NCBI GenBank assembly: GCA_964035545.1
Contig: OZ037768.1
Coordinates: 13,959,675 to 14,023,674, forward strand
Direction: 5' to 3'
DNA length: 64,000 nt
From: Bugula neritina
Lineage: Eukaryota > Animalia > Bryozoa
Positions 25,001 through 40,000 of this stretch are shown piece after piece (the stretch's first letter is position 1; each line of letters opens with the position of its first letter). A program made the position numbers and the translations under genes. The notes under the pieces are model-generated. The model was not told the origin of the DNA, made no database searches, and saw only the letters and a list, made by a program, of their open reading frames with translations.

Positions 25001-28000
25001 GAGGATTACCATGTTTCTAAAAAGTTCGAAATGTAAAAAAGAGTAAGCATTAACCTTGTCTCATTGACATACACAGAGAAGACATGAAGTTGTCTCTCCG
25101 CCAACACGTCACTGAAAAGAAAGCTCTGGCTGCCAGCGTCAAATGTGTATATAAAAGTCAGGCGAGACTGAACAAGACCAATCTCTAGGCAGATATTTTC
25201 AAATGAGAGTTTAAAAATAGATCCAGATGTAGAATGAGCAAAAAATTTTATTTCTATATGATAGACAGCTTGTGTAATCAAAAGAGGTTGAAATAGTGCC
25301 CATGAGTCAGAACTTTCTAGAAAGATCCCTGGAATCACCTGTGCAAAAGATAGAATACATTTATATCTACTGACAAGCAGACAATTTATTTTCATTTGGC
25401 TGATGGCTGACCTACACTCTTTCGCTTCTAATGTGAACATTTAGCATCTGCTGAGTGTGTCAACAATAAAAAAGTTGCCTTATTTAATAGTAGACATACA
25501 AATTCTGAGTAAAAGAATTTTGTAATTTGATAAGTTAATAGATTTCATATTGTAATACCATGCATTGCACATTTATATAAAACATAATGTGTTATAGTTG
25601 AATATCGGTAACTGAGATCATACATTTTTGTAGCAGTACGGGTGGACTCCCTCAGCCTCCAACAAATCTGCCCACACATCAATAGGCTGATTGTTTATAG
25701 TAATGTTTGCTAAGCATCCCGCAAATCTTTCAGTGTTCTCAAGTCTGCTACCAAAGATTACTTGCAGCACATCTAGAGAATCACTAATGGGCGTGGTCAA
25801 CTCTTCAGATTTATCTCCCCCATCAATACTACATGTCAATGTTGTGTTACTAGCCACACAAGACAGAGCAAACCACTCTCCATAGTTATAGTAGTTGTCT
25901 GACAAAGAAGTGCTGTTATGCTGCAGGGCAATCTTGCCCCTAGCATACGAAATGTCAACTTTGATTTGAGTAGATGTCAATAATGAGAGAATAACTCCAT
26001 CGGTAGAATAACTCCTGACGGCAAGGTTAAAGGAGAACTGTGATTTTACATGTGGAAATTGGCTTACAACAGCATAGCCAAACCCATCGAGAGACATCAC
26101 AGATTCATAAAGTATTGGCTCATCAGGAATAGAACAACAGGACCCTTCATGTTTATGTATCCAGTCATAAAGAGATATACCCATAACTTCAACATTCCTT
26201 ATACAGGTATTGACAGAAGCACTGAAATGAATATCGAGAACTAAAACGCAAACACGCATGTACACATAGCACAACATAAAACATTCCTGGCAAAAAAGTG
26301 TCCAAACAATTGATAACTAGTCATAGAACATAACCACTACCTAACTGAGTTTTGACCAGAAAGATTGAGTATCAAAGTAAACAACTTGTATATGAATGGA
26401 ACAAAAAAGGCTATTTTCTATGTAAATATAATTCACCTACCTGTGATTAGCATAGTGATTGCTGCCTGGCATTTTAAACTCTAGCTGACCCACCAGAAAA
26501 AAACTTTTGTTTCCGTGCAATTCATCAGTAACTGGTTTAAAGACTGATCTTAAATCATCAACTTGGACTGAGAGTCTGCCTTCATAGCTAGTTCAAAAAG
26601 TACAGCTAGTCACCACATAATTTAAAAAAACTAATAAGGATTATATATTTTGAAAACACAAAACTAATAAAGTCACCATTTTAAAAGAATATTTTGAGTC
26701 TCTTAGCCTCTTGGCCTCGGTTTGACCATGTAATGCACCCTATGATTGGGCTGAGCAGCAGAGCCTGTGGCTGTGCAGACCAACGTACCACAGCCACAGG
26801 CTGTGTGCAGTGGCCTGTCCTTTGTGGCAGTCCTTGTCACAAAGGTCACACTTGTAAGTGGACTTCGGTTTATTGGTGGTGGCCTTAGTCCTTTCATGCC
26901 CTCTTTTCAGCAGCTGAATTGAAAAGTTTTTCTTCTCTGGCTGTAAGATGGTATTCTAGTTTGCTCTTCCAGCTCGTGCGATCGGATGCGACATCCTCCC
27001 AGAACGCTGTGTCGATGTCGATAGCCGTCATATCCCTCTTGCAGAAATCTTTGTAACGTAGCCGAGGTCGCCCAAGACTTCAACTACCGCTGGTTAGTTC
27101 ACTATATATAATGTCCTTGGGAATGCATCCTTCGTCCATGTGTTGGACATGACTAAGCCAGTGCAGTCTGCATTTCCTGAGCAGGGTTGACATGCTAGAA
27201 AGATTAGCTTGCGAAAGAACTTATGCATTGGTCACTCAGTCATGCCATGTGATCCCCAGGATATGAGGGATGTTACGGAGGTGGAAAGTGGTAAGCTTTC
27301 TCTCTGCCATACAACAAGGTGCTGACAACACAGGCATTATAAACTGCCATATTTGTAGATGCAGTCAACTTAGTGTTTTTCCAGATGCGGTTTGCGAGAT
27401 GGGCTATGGTTGTTGCTGCCTTACCGATCCTCTTGTTAATCTTACTGTCAAGGGAGAAGTTTTCGGTAATGATGGAGCCGAGGTAAGTGAACTCCTTGAC
27501 GACATCTAACTCGTACTTGTCTAATGCAATGGCAGGTGGTGTCAGTGTGTCTTGTCCTAGAACATTGGTCTTTTTCAGGCTGATGGTCAGCCCAAAGTCT
27601 GTCCATGCCTGGTAAAAGTTGTTAATGAGCTTTTGCAATCCTTTTTGTGTGTGGGATATGACAGTAGCATCATCAGCAAACAGCATGTCTCTGATGACAA
27701 CTAGACGCACTTTTTTCTGGGCTCGGAGTCGGGCGATGTTAAGGAGTTGACCGTCAAATCTAGTTCGTAGGTAGACCCCTTCTGATTAATTACTGAAAAC
27801 GTGCTTTAAGAGCGTGGCAGAGAAGATACCAAAGAGTGTTGGTGCCAGGACGCAGCCTTGTTTGACGACACTTCATATGTCGAAGGGATCCGAGAACTTG
27901 CTGTTGAACTGTACTGTCCCCTTCAGGTAATTGTGAAAAAAATTGATCATGCTTTGCAGCTTTGAAGGGCAGCCAATCTTTGGAAGGATTTTAAACAAAC

Positions 28001-31000
28001 CCTCTCTGCTGACCAGGTCTAAAGCCTTTGTCAAGTCAATAAAGGCAACATACAGAGGCATCCTTTGCTCTTTACAATTCTCCATATTTTGAACATGTAT
28101 GTAGTTAATATATATATTAAAAATCTAAACTAAAAGCCCCACCATGTTTGCATATAATAACTTATGCTAAACTAAAAACATATGTTCAATTTTATATAAT
28201 CATTACACAGATAGTTTAACCACTAGGATGGTCATACTGATGCTTGTAATATTTCAATTACAAACATAGAGTTTCTAGTTTACTTTGTCACCATCACCAT
28301 TTCAGTTATTCATCAACTGTAAAACGTTTATAAGGCTCTCAAAGATGATGCAAAATTATATACCCAGAGAATCAAGGCAATTACAAACCTGCTTACGACA
28401 ATCTTGAACCAGCAGCCTTTACAAATAAATGCACGGCTTTGCATCGATGTAGTCTCATTTCCATCATGTGCAGAGAGCAATAAATTACTTCCAGTATATG
28501 ATAGGACCATTGATTCAGTAGAAGAGTGAGAAGTGACATTCCACAAATAGCGAGGCTCATAGCTTGACAGGCTCAACTCCATGGAAATCTATTAACCATA
28601 CTTTGTATTGTAACACTGAATTTTAGTGTGAAACATGCTAATACAAGTTTGTAATAACTACAGCAAACAATGATTGCCCCAGCACTGTTATATATGCATG
28701 ATACTAGATTTAAAATCTATAATAGGAGGCCCTCCACATTCACCCTCTACAGTCTACCCCCTTTACACCAAAAATCACACCGACAAGCACACACACTAGA
28801 ACACGCACACGTGCACACACGCACACACACACCACACACACACTACATACACACGCACACACTACACACACCACACACGCACCACGCATATATACACACA
28901 CGCACGCATATATACACACACGCACGCGCATACACAGACACACCGACAACCACACACTGACAACCCCACACACTTCTCCAACACACACTTGCTCTGGGAA
29001 CATTTTAAATGTGAAATTATGGTATTGTTATAAATATTGCCAAGGTTGAACATATTTATTTTGAAAATCCTAAACAAGTGTTAAATATTAAGCATCCCCC
29101 TCCCCACACCTGAATTTCTCCAAGGAAAGCTTTGATATTAATGTAGAATAGAATCACAAGAGGTTACACAAAAATATTAGGACCACACGCAGTAACACTT
29201 ATAAGCAGCAACTACTATACCAGAAACTATACTTACTTCTAGGACCGTATTCCATCTTGCAGTAAGATTATAGCTTAGGTTTTCCTTCTCACTGATCTGA
29301 AATGTCTGCTTTATATCTTTAGACCATTTCTTGATTCTGCTAAGTTGCCTCTCTAATGCCGATATTCTATTTTTCACGTTTTCAATTCTCAAAGAGTTGT
29401 TACGTTCCAACACCCTAATGCCGTCCACCATATTCATGTTATCCAGCAAAGTAGTGTTTGTGCTTGTAACTACAATGTCATTACCACAAACATATTATGC
29501 TTCTAAAACAATACAAAGCCAAAATTTGAAGAAGTACACAAGTTTTATCAGCAAGAATATTATAAAATTATTTATTATCAAGCCATTAGCTACACAAATA
29601 ACCCGCTGCCTAAACAGGACAAAGCGGAGAAAGCTAAGAAAGACGAGAAAGTTGTGCAAATAATTTTTTTTCCTTTTTGAATATAATTTAGTATTGAATA
29701 AAATTATGTCATTTTCATTAAGTTGAAATACTTAGTTTGCATTTCATCTAAAACAAGCATATGAAATCTAACCTATTATCTATACACAGAGAAAGTATTA
29801 ACCTAGCAATACCTTGTATAGCTAATTCATAAGCATCAGTTAATGTACTTTCACTTGTATTTTGCAGCAAAGTGGCCAAGCTATAGAATGATGTCACTAG
29901 TGGAGATAACTTCGAAAGCTGTGTTTGAATTTCCTGGTTATATTCAGTAGTAAGGTCAGTTTTAACTGTAATAAAAATCAAACTAGATATAAGTAGGCAC
30001 TACAAGATACTCTACATACAGAGCTACACAGAACCAATAAGTGACAATAGAAAGGGTAATAATTTATTATGTAAATTAAAGGCACTCATTACTTTTGAGC
30101 ATGTTGATTAATATTCTGGACACATTTGGGTGGTTTCCAAGACACCAAAGCGATTTGACCAAATGCCAAAATATGAGTGGAATAAAGGTGCGCACTATCA
30201 TGTGGGTAACCATCACACGCAGTATATACACTATCGTGTAGGTAATTGTCACATGCAGTATACACACTATCATGTAGGTAGCTGTAACATGCAGTATATA
30301 CAAATGTGTTACCTTGAATTAAGTTAATGCTATGTGAGTAATCACTCAGGTTTCCCATTAGATTGTTATGGTCCATCACAGACTGATTTACACTGTTAGA
30401 AGTCACCACCCAAGTACTTAAAAAATTATAGAACTGATCCATCATCTCCATGAAAGCCTGATGCTTGTCTAAAATGAACCAGCATATTGGCCTCATTTAT
30501 CACACATCAATATATTGAAGTTACTATAGAAAAGTCAATACAACTTGCGAAAAATACTCTTAAATGCTATTACATTATTACAAGTTTACAATTAGTATTA
30601 TGAAGCCTAAAAACATAATACAAATGCACTTTTTGCTGCATATTAAACAAGTCTTATCTGCCAGGAAATGGCGCTGCCAAAACTAATAAAGAGGCAGATA
30701 TTGTATAACAATATCTAGTTTTCAGGTAAAACATCATACAATATAGTTGCCATAGAAACAATACACACTCTTACCAAGTCTCCAAGATGTTGTGAATTCA
30801 ACTGTTTGATTGAGTGTATCCAAATATTTAGATATACTCTGATACTGGGCATCAAGTAAATCTAACTTGTCTTCGTTCAGTAAAGGTTGCTTCACAGACA
30901 GAGTCTGATTGACTTGAAGAGCAGTGTTCACAAGAGCATTGACATAGTCACTTGCATTCACAAATGCATTGTATATACTCATCAGTGGCACATCCTCTAC

Positions 31001-34000
31001 TGTCAAGTTTCTAATGGAACTGTTGAAACATCAAAATAATCATCATTTTAGTACATAAATTTGCTAATAGTGGAAAGTTATTATTTCTAAATAAAAATTT
31101 GATTGAATAAGTCATATATGAAATTGCAAAAAATTACAACATCCTAGCATAATAGATAATAGATTAATTTAATATTGATATTCTAAATCTACAACATTTC
31201 ATACATCTATGAGCATCACACACCTATTGAGTGTGAAAAAAAACGGAAGTTGGTAGATGTAGCGTTAATAAAAGATTTACCTTTTAGAGTTGTTAGCCTC
31301 ATCTCTTAAAATATTTACCAAGTTAATCAGCTGAGGCTGTAAAGAGGAGTAATTAGTCAGCATTACTTCAAGGCTGCTGGTACTAAGGCTAAGTTTGCTT
31401 GCTTCTGATGTTACTAAAATTCAATTATATCTAATAAAACACACAGTCCTGCCCTTGTCAGTAGTAGACAATATATTTAGTGACCAGGTGTCTACTTCAC
31501 TTACTTTCTTGTGTTTCGTGAAACATGTAGAGTATAGAACTAGAAGCTTCACTTAACTTTCAACGCGTATAATTATAAAAAATAGACGATAGGAAGTAAA
31601 CATAATGTACTTACACAAACTAGTTGAGTTAAAAATGAATAACATGTCTTCCAAAGACTTTTCATGTAGTGAAGTGGCGAGTTGTAAAGACGATTCTGAT
31701 TGGTTGACTAAGTCTGCAGCATATTCTAACAAAGCTGTGATTTGATGATAAGTTACCTAAAATTTACAACAATTTTATGACAATGACACTTGATAACTGA
31801 CAAGGATGTAAACAGTATTTTAAGGAAAATAGCTAATTAAATTACAGTACCCAGTTGAAGATTTAGTTTCTAACTCAAAACACTTGAAAAACAATTTGCA
31901 CTTTTGCAAAATTTCAAAATCTTTATTTAAAGATTGTAAAACACTACAAAATTTTTACAGCAATAAAAACAATTATAGACATCTTGCTACTCCTAATTAT
32001 TATTACATTCTGGTAATTCAATTTGCATTATGCTGTAAACATATAAATCTTGGTTTGACAGTGAATTTCTCAGACCACTTTAAAATTGTAAATCAATAAA
32101 GGTATACGTGAGGCGGTTTTTAAGAACATCCAAGTTCCACACAACCTTCCTCTTTGGTGTACATGTACCTTCGTATTGTTCAGAGAGTTTGTAATATGAA
32201 CACCTTCCTCTACTAATAGTTCACAGTCTGCTCTTACAGTATCTACTTTATCATGTAGGAGTGAGTGAGTTAGATAGACTGATTCTGCTTCCTTTTCTAA
32301 CCCAACAGCTTTCAGCTTATCATCATGACTCTCTGAGAGACTTTTGTTGACCGAGCTGATATAACCTAAATGATTAAATAGTACAAAATAATATTCAGAG
32401 ATTAGTACAGATCAATTACAAGTTAACACCAATAATTTACCTAAATCAGTTTGTAGTAAGATAAAGAAAGTAGATAATGAAAATTTCAAGAGAGTTTTAC
32501 CAAAATAAAAACATGGAATTTTGCACCATTTTAACTTTGCCTTGTTAATAAATAAATAGCCTCCACCGCAGAGCGTAACTATAGAAGATGTCTGCGGTAT
32601 GTCAACAGGAAACAACAGACATATGCATTACTTGGATATCTGAATATAGCAAAGATACTAATAGCAATGTATTACACAAAAATAATATTTTTAAAAAACC
32701 ATATTCACATATTTGGGATTAGCACGATATTTCTTACAAAAATATTCATATTAAACATAAATATTTCTAGCAAGTAAGGGCACTGAAATGGAATGACTAC
32801 AGTGGCATTTTTAATCACCAGTTAAATTTTTAAATGGTCAAAAATTAGAGTTAATTGCTGTTTTCAAAAAGTACCATACTACATATATTTATATATTTCA
32901 CAGACAAAATGCTGTACCATTTCTCATACCATCTACTTATTATGTTCTATTATTATATCAACTATATCTATTATATTATATTACATATACTTATTGTCTA
33001 CGTACAACATACCATTCAGTCTATCATAAAGATCAGCAGCAACATTATGACTTCCAGCAATGACATGGTTTTCTTCAAAATCTGCAACATAACTTCTATA
33101 GAAACTCAAATTATCTTTTATAAGCTTTTCAAACATGTGCCTCTTTTCAGACATGGCCGTAATCAGTTGCTGCAGTGCTTCAGTGTCTAAAGAGAGCTCG
33201 AAGGACTGATTCTGCCAGTTTAGGGCCATCTTGAGAAATGACTGTGTAGAGATCAGCAGGTTATCTGACTCATTCAAATAGTGAATGATCCCTTGTTGTA
33301 GCAGAGTCTGGTTGAACAGAAATTCATCCTCCAACTGCAGTATTTCATTTAGATGTAACTGAGTCTCATTTAGCAACTCAAATGCAGACTCTACAACACG
33401 CCGGAAACATATTATTAAAATCAACAACTTACAGGCAAATTATAAAGACTACAAGTAGCTGAACACCTGATTGCATGTTTTTGTATAACCTACTTAGCCT
33501 AATAAACATCAACAAAAGTTCAATGTTACAAAATAAATCGGATTAGTAACAAGGGCTAGTTCAACCATTCAGTTAAGAGAATGCAGCTCCAAAGTAAGTC
33601 AAGTTAGGGAACATAAAATAAGAGTTACCAGAGTTGTTGGCCATTATTATAGAGATCTGACTGGTTAAACTTAGTAGTTGGTTGTGTAGATAGACAAACT
33701 CCTTCAGCTGTTGTCCTCCAATCTCATGCTTGCTACTCAACTGCAAACTGGCGTCAACAACAGCAGCTAACTTCATCGAACATTCACCACATTCTACATA
33801 TAGCACATTATATAGCATAGTTACGCTATATATATAGCACATTATATAGCATAGTTACGCTTCCTATATAGCACATTATATAACACAGCTACATTCTACA
33901 TATAGCACATTATATAACACAGCTACATTCTACATATAGCACATTATATAGCATAGTTACGCTTCCTATATAGCACATTATATAGCATAGTTACGCTTCA

Positions 34001-37000
34001 TATATAGCACATTATATAGCATAGTTACGCTCCATATACATTTTATGCTTTATATACAGTATATGCCTAATCGATTTTAATATCAATCAGATTAACTGAT
34101 TTTTATAATACTCTTAGCTACTGGCTGTGCTGTACACATGTATAAAATACATATGCGTCACAATTATTATAGAGTAGATTTAATAACAAAAGCCTGCTGC
34201 ACTCAAATGTAGATCTAACAGATTTCATGCTCAGCAGTTTCTGCAATAAGTCAGCTTTGAAACATATAACTACTGAGAGGAAAAAAGCAAGATATTAAAA
34301 TTAGATGCGAATACAAATTTAATAAGTAATGCAATAATGTTCCATTATTAGACTTGCACAGCACATAGACTAATGATATAGTAATACTCATACAACACAC
34401 ATGTATATATTAGCTACTTTAATTTACACAAATATTGAGTAACGCAGAGTCCACCGTACCAGTACAGCCAGTGACTGTCAAATCATAATACATATCTAGA
34501 CACTGATCACACTGTCTCCCAGTAACTCCACCTTTGCATACACAGCTGCCATCGTACACACTACATGGCATAGTATGATTCACACTGCCTATCTCATCGC
34601 ATTCACAATCTACAAATCAAAATAATGACTCAATATTCAACACAAAAAGTCAGAATTCAAGTTTGTTTAACAAATTAATCGCCATAGTAGTCTGCACAGG
34701 TAAACTGGGACAGCATTTACATGTCTGTATACTTGGGCTTCTAATCGCTGGCTTTAAATTTGAATTTAAGATGCAACTGATTTACATGGTAACCGAATAA
34801 CTAACCCTGGTTTTTACTTTTTAAAACAATATGTTTCAAGTTTTAAACCACTTAGCTATGCCTGCAACATTTGTAATTTTGATATTGTAAATATTACACA
34901 CAAAAGTTTAAACACAACAAAATACTTCATTCATTACAGCAAGTGAAGCTAAAGTCATTTTTCCAATACAAACATTAATTAACTTTAAAAAAATGTTAGT
35001 TACATTTGCTACTAAAGAACAAAATATTGACCTTGACATGGCTGATGTGGCAGACCATAAGATCCAAGTGCACAGAGTTGACACTGACTTCCTGTTGCAT
35101 TCTCCTTGCAGTCACATGACCCTGTGATGAGGTCACACTGCCTCGAAGTGCTGCCCGACAGCTCACAGTTACAGGCACTACACCCTAATTAACAACAACA
35201 TAAAACTGTGCTACAGAACCACTTGTATGTGTGAGCACAAGTGCTCTGCTTTTTCATAATTATTGCATGTAAAAGATAGCCGATTTCAAGGGCTTTATGC
35301 ATTCTAAAACTTCCTAAAATATGATTTTTCAATATAACTTTTTAGAAAACCAGATTTTGTGAGAGTAATTGTTATACCAGTGTTAGAAAAGTTCCAGAAC
35401 CCATATTCACACTGGTTGCAGAATAGGCCCACCACATTACTTCGGCAATTACATTGGCCCGAGAAATTGTCACATATGGAGCTTACACTTCCTGTTTGAT
35501 TACAGTCACAATCTAAAAGTAAACATCATTTAGAAAAAAATGTTATACAGTCATATGTTAAGTATATACATGTAATATATTTTGAGGCATGTTTGTAATA
35601 TAAAAACAATTAACTTTTACTTGTAGGATTTTAAAATACTCCCGGCAGAATGAAAATCTACATTAGTGCTGATTTACAACTATTTCAAGTACAGCCTAAT
35701 GACATTGAAACATGTAAAGATATAACCGAGTCACACTTACAGAATTCTGCTTTAATTAATTGCTCTTTTTAGTTAAAAGATGAAGACATTCTAGAAAAGC
35801 TTTGCTTAAAAGCGATTGAAAACAGATGAAATGAGAAAAAAAATATTTACTCTCAATAAATAAATGTGAATCTAACTGGAGAGAGGGTAACTAGCAAGCT
35901 GATCACTTTGATAGCAATGTTTAGTCATAGCAATGTAATGATTATTACAATAAAAGCACGATTTGTATAATATCTTTTAAAAAGAATAATTCAAAACATG
36001 TACTCCAGTTTTTCTCATTTTATAATTTTTATGACATGTTTTAATAAAAATGGCTTATTTGCCACTGACTTTAAAACACTATATAACCCCACATATGTAG
36101 GTGACACCACATTTCAAAATTGTCAATTGAAAAGCGATTATTTGGAAAAATGACAAATCACCAATAGCTGGCTCAAAAATAAACATTTAGCAAATGGACA
36201 ATTGGAAAACGAAGAATATTCAACTTAGCCTAGTCCAAAGTTGTTAAGACTCAGGCCGCGTCCAAAATAGCTTATTGCAAACGTGGGCAATTTAAAATTA
36301 GAACTATTCCGTAACTAACACTACTGATTCAGCGTTTATATTTATTGTTGAAAGCTATTTTGGACCCTGAACATAAAACTTGTTAATGTCATCATTGATA
36401 TGTTTACCAGTGCATGTTTGGGAAGTTGCGTCCCCAAAGTAGCCAGGGATACAGTACTGACAGTGACTACCAGTTGAGTTATTTTGGCAATCTATGCAGC
36501 TTCCTGAGTCATATTTACAGGTTCTACTGTTCCCATTGCATTTACAGGGCAAACAGTGTGAGCCATTGTACCAGTAACCATCATCACATCTGTACAGAAG
36601 TATAAATACACTATGATTACAAGCGTTGACATTGCAGAACTTCAACCTTTTCTACTAGTGGATACTTGCAGCAATAAAATTTGAAGTTTTATGTAAAATA
36701 CACACTGCATACTAAGCATTCTCCACAATGTTAAATGCCAAACAATTTGAATGTTCAATATTTAAACAGTACAACAGAAGAGCTTCGGTGATTCCCTACA
36801 TACAACCCATAGAAGGTATATAAATCATTGAAATCCCAACAGCTGCACCTTTACCTCTCACAGAGAGCTCCAGCATAGCCAGGTCTGCATTGAGTGCAGG
36901 TCAAGGTCTTATTAGAATATCCACAGACTGTAGACTCAGTCCCATACTTATAACAAGGGCACAGATGACAATCATCTATTTCACCAGCCTTATAATACCC

Positions 37001-40000
37001 AGGTAAACACAGTTCACAAGCAAAACCTGTGGTATACATAAAATGTGCATGCGGTCAGCCATGAACAGTGTAATGTTGTCTGTGAACATCATACTTGATA
37101 TCTGTATACCAATTATGAAGCTTGTATAAGCTATAGAATATGAGGGGGAACAATTCCTAATAAACATTATAAGTAAACATTTATTATTTTCTAAGTAAGT
37201 ATTTATCATCAACAGTAAAATGGCAATTTTTTTATAAATTAAGCAAAACAAGTTGACTTTTACCTCATGTCAACTTGACTGAAATATTAAAGCCAACCTC
37301 ATCAGACCAATTTGCAACATTTCATAGTTTTTAACAGAAAAAATAATGAATGTTATTTTAAACATTAGTGCAAAGCATTACCAGTTGTATTCCTGCTGCA
37401 GTTGATACATTCTCCTGTATCAGAGTCACACTCATTACTGTTATTATTACACTGGCAGGATATGCAGATACCGAGGTTAGCTGTCACATCTGAATGTCTA
37501 GTGTAACCATAGGAGCATCTCTAAAGTAGGAGAATCAATAGTAAAATAGAACAGGAATGTAAGGCACATTAACAATGTTAATATTACTCTAATTGCAAAA
37601 TAGGCCATTTATATGTGCAGCAAGGTCACAGTTTTACTGATATCATTAAATTCTGTTCACTTTCAAACTAAATTAAAACAGATATATTTTGTCGGTACAG
37701 AAAAACATGCTTGTTAGAAACAAAATACTCAGTATAAAAAGTAGTTCACGTAAATGTATGAGTCTATCCTAACCTCACATGACAACCCTTCATATCCTAT
37801 GCCACAATCACACTCTTCTACCAGTAATGAAGACGAACTAGTAGGAGTTAGTGTTAACTCTGAGATCCTATATGGTGATATAGATATAGGGAAATTAGTA
37901 ACCATCTTAAGACACTCCAAATTTTACTATTGGTTTAGGAGTTATCTTATCAAGTATGCAAGTTAACAGCATGATGGTGTGATATACTTTTATTCGTATG
38001 TTATATGTTATTCGGTCGCCATTATTCATGTTTAAACGAAAAATAAAACCGCATAAAAATAGGACAAATTAAGCATTTTCATCATGGTTAGAGAGCTAAG
38101 GTCTACGTTAATTTCAAATTTGAAGGCCACTTAAAATTAATAGAATAAAAAGTTCGGAAGTCATATAGAAGACTAGGCACATATGTATTGATATATTTGG
38201 TAGCAGTGCACAACCGCAATTGAATTAAAACAACAATTAAACAATTTAATTAAAACTATTGATAAGTTGCAGTGAATAATGTTGCACCTAATCGTATTTT
38301 CGCCAACATTCAGTGGCAAATACACCAAATAAACTTTTTGTAAGACTTCCAGAAATCTCTCTCTACTCAACCCATCTCCATTTTCATTCTGCCAGCTTGC
38401 TTCAAGCAGTGAAATTTCAAATAGCAATGATGGGAAAGCTCCTGCCATGCAAAGAAAACGCCATTAGTGAATAAATTTATTGCAGTAGCTGTGATAAATA
38501 TGGCAATAATAACAAGCAAGTCTGTGACAAACGAAACAATTGCCGGAATTATATGAGCATAAATTTCTGCTCCGATGTCGAATCAATAATGTATTAGTAA
38601 GTAAATGAGCTATGGCTAGTCTAGCATAGCAGGTAAATTATATTATATGCTATAAACACGTTACCTTGAGGAACTGAGAAGGAAGTAGAAATGAGAGTGT
38701 TGAGACTTCCTTGCAGGTATACTGTCAACTCAGCAGCTGATATTAGTATTGGAGAAGGACTGTAGGTTACACTCAATGTGGATCCATAGTAGAGAAGTAG
38801 TCGGCCTTCCTCTGTGCACAGACAACACCATTTTCAGTCACCAACATGTTTCATATTCACACAGAAACTAATGTAATTAATAATTACATGAATCTATTAA
38901 ACAGCTCAGCAGTAAAATGTGTTCCTAGAATTTGTGATTCTAACACAATTTGTAAAACTTATATATTCAACGTATCTCACAAGATATTAAAGCAATTATA
39001 GACAATGGCGGGTAAAAAATCTCCCACAACCTACCAGGTGGAATGATGGTCACATAGAGTGGAGATGCAGGGACAGTTATAATGTATTCAGAGTTGATTG
39101 TAACAGGTTCACTGGTAATAGTGGAGTTCAAATAGGAGACAACTGCGGCAGCCATGTTGAACACCAACTAAAATAACTTTGATACATTTGTCTACATTCA
39201 TGACCATGCTACAACTACAATCTATTCATCTAATATAATTTACAGCATCAAGTCTAATTTTAGGCTGTTTCTTTTTAATGTTCTGTTAACAGTAAATCTA
39301 AAAGCACCTAATTTAGACATTTATTCCCTGACCAACACCAGCTGAGGCTGTTACCAGATATTTATTTGTAGAAGCTAGGCTCATACTACGTCTATGTCCA
39401 CACAGCTGTTCTTTATTGATGTTATTGAAGATAATATAATATTTATGGTTTTATAAACTGCAACGCAAACTATCCGTTGAAACATTATTATCCTAATAGC
39501 CTAAAATAATGAGAATGTGAAAACACTTAAGTTTGTAGTCTTACTTGAGAAATGTCTTTCTGATAACTGCTACATTGGTCAGTGATGCTCATGCAACTAC
39601 ATTTGATACAGCCACTTGAGTTGTCTCCCCCAAAATAGTATGAGTCTACATCACATTGAGAACAATCTCGGCCCCTCACATTATCCTATAAAATAATTCA
39701 AGATATACAATACAGAATGGAGAGTTTTACAATATAATAGTTGCAATAATTTCAAATAATAAAATATCTTCCTACATAATTATATAACACATAACAATGT
39801 TAAATAAACTCATTTGTTTGAAATTGTAATGACAAATTAATAAGATTGTTTTTCATTAAAAATTTCTGGATGTTACATTTAGTAAGGCTAATAAGCTGAA
39901 AGAATAGTCAAGAACATAGCAACATGTATTCAGTAGTCTTAAACATTCATACCATGCAATCACTATTTAACATTCCACAGTAATAGAGACTCAATGTATT

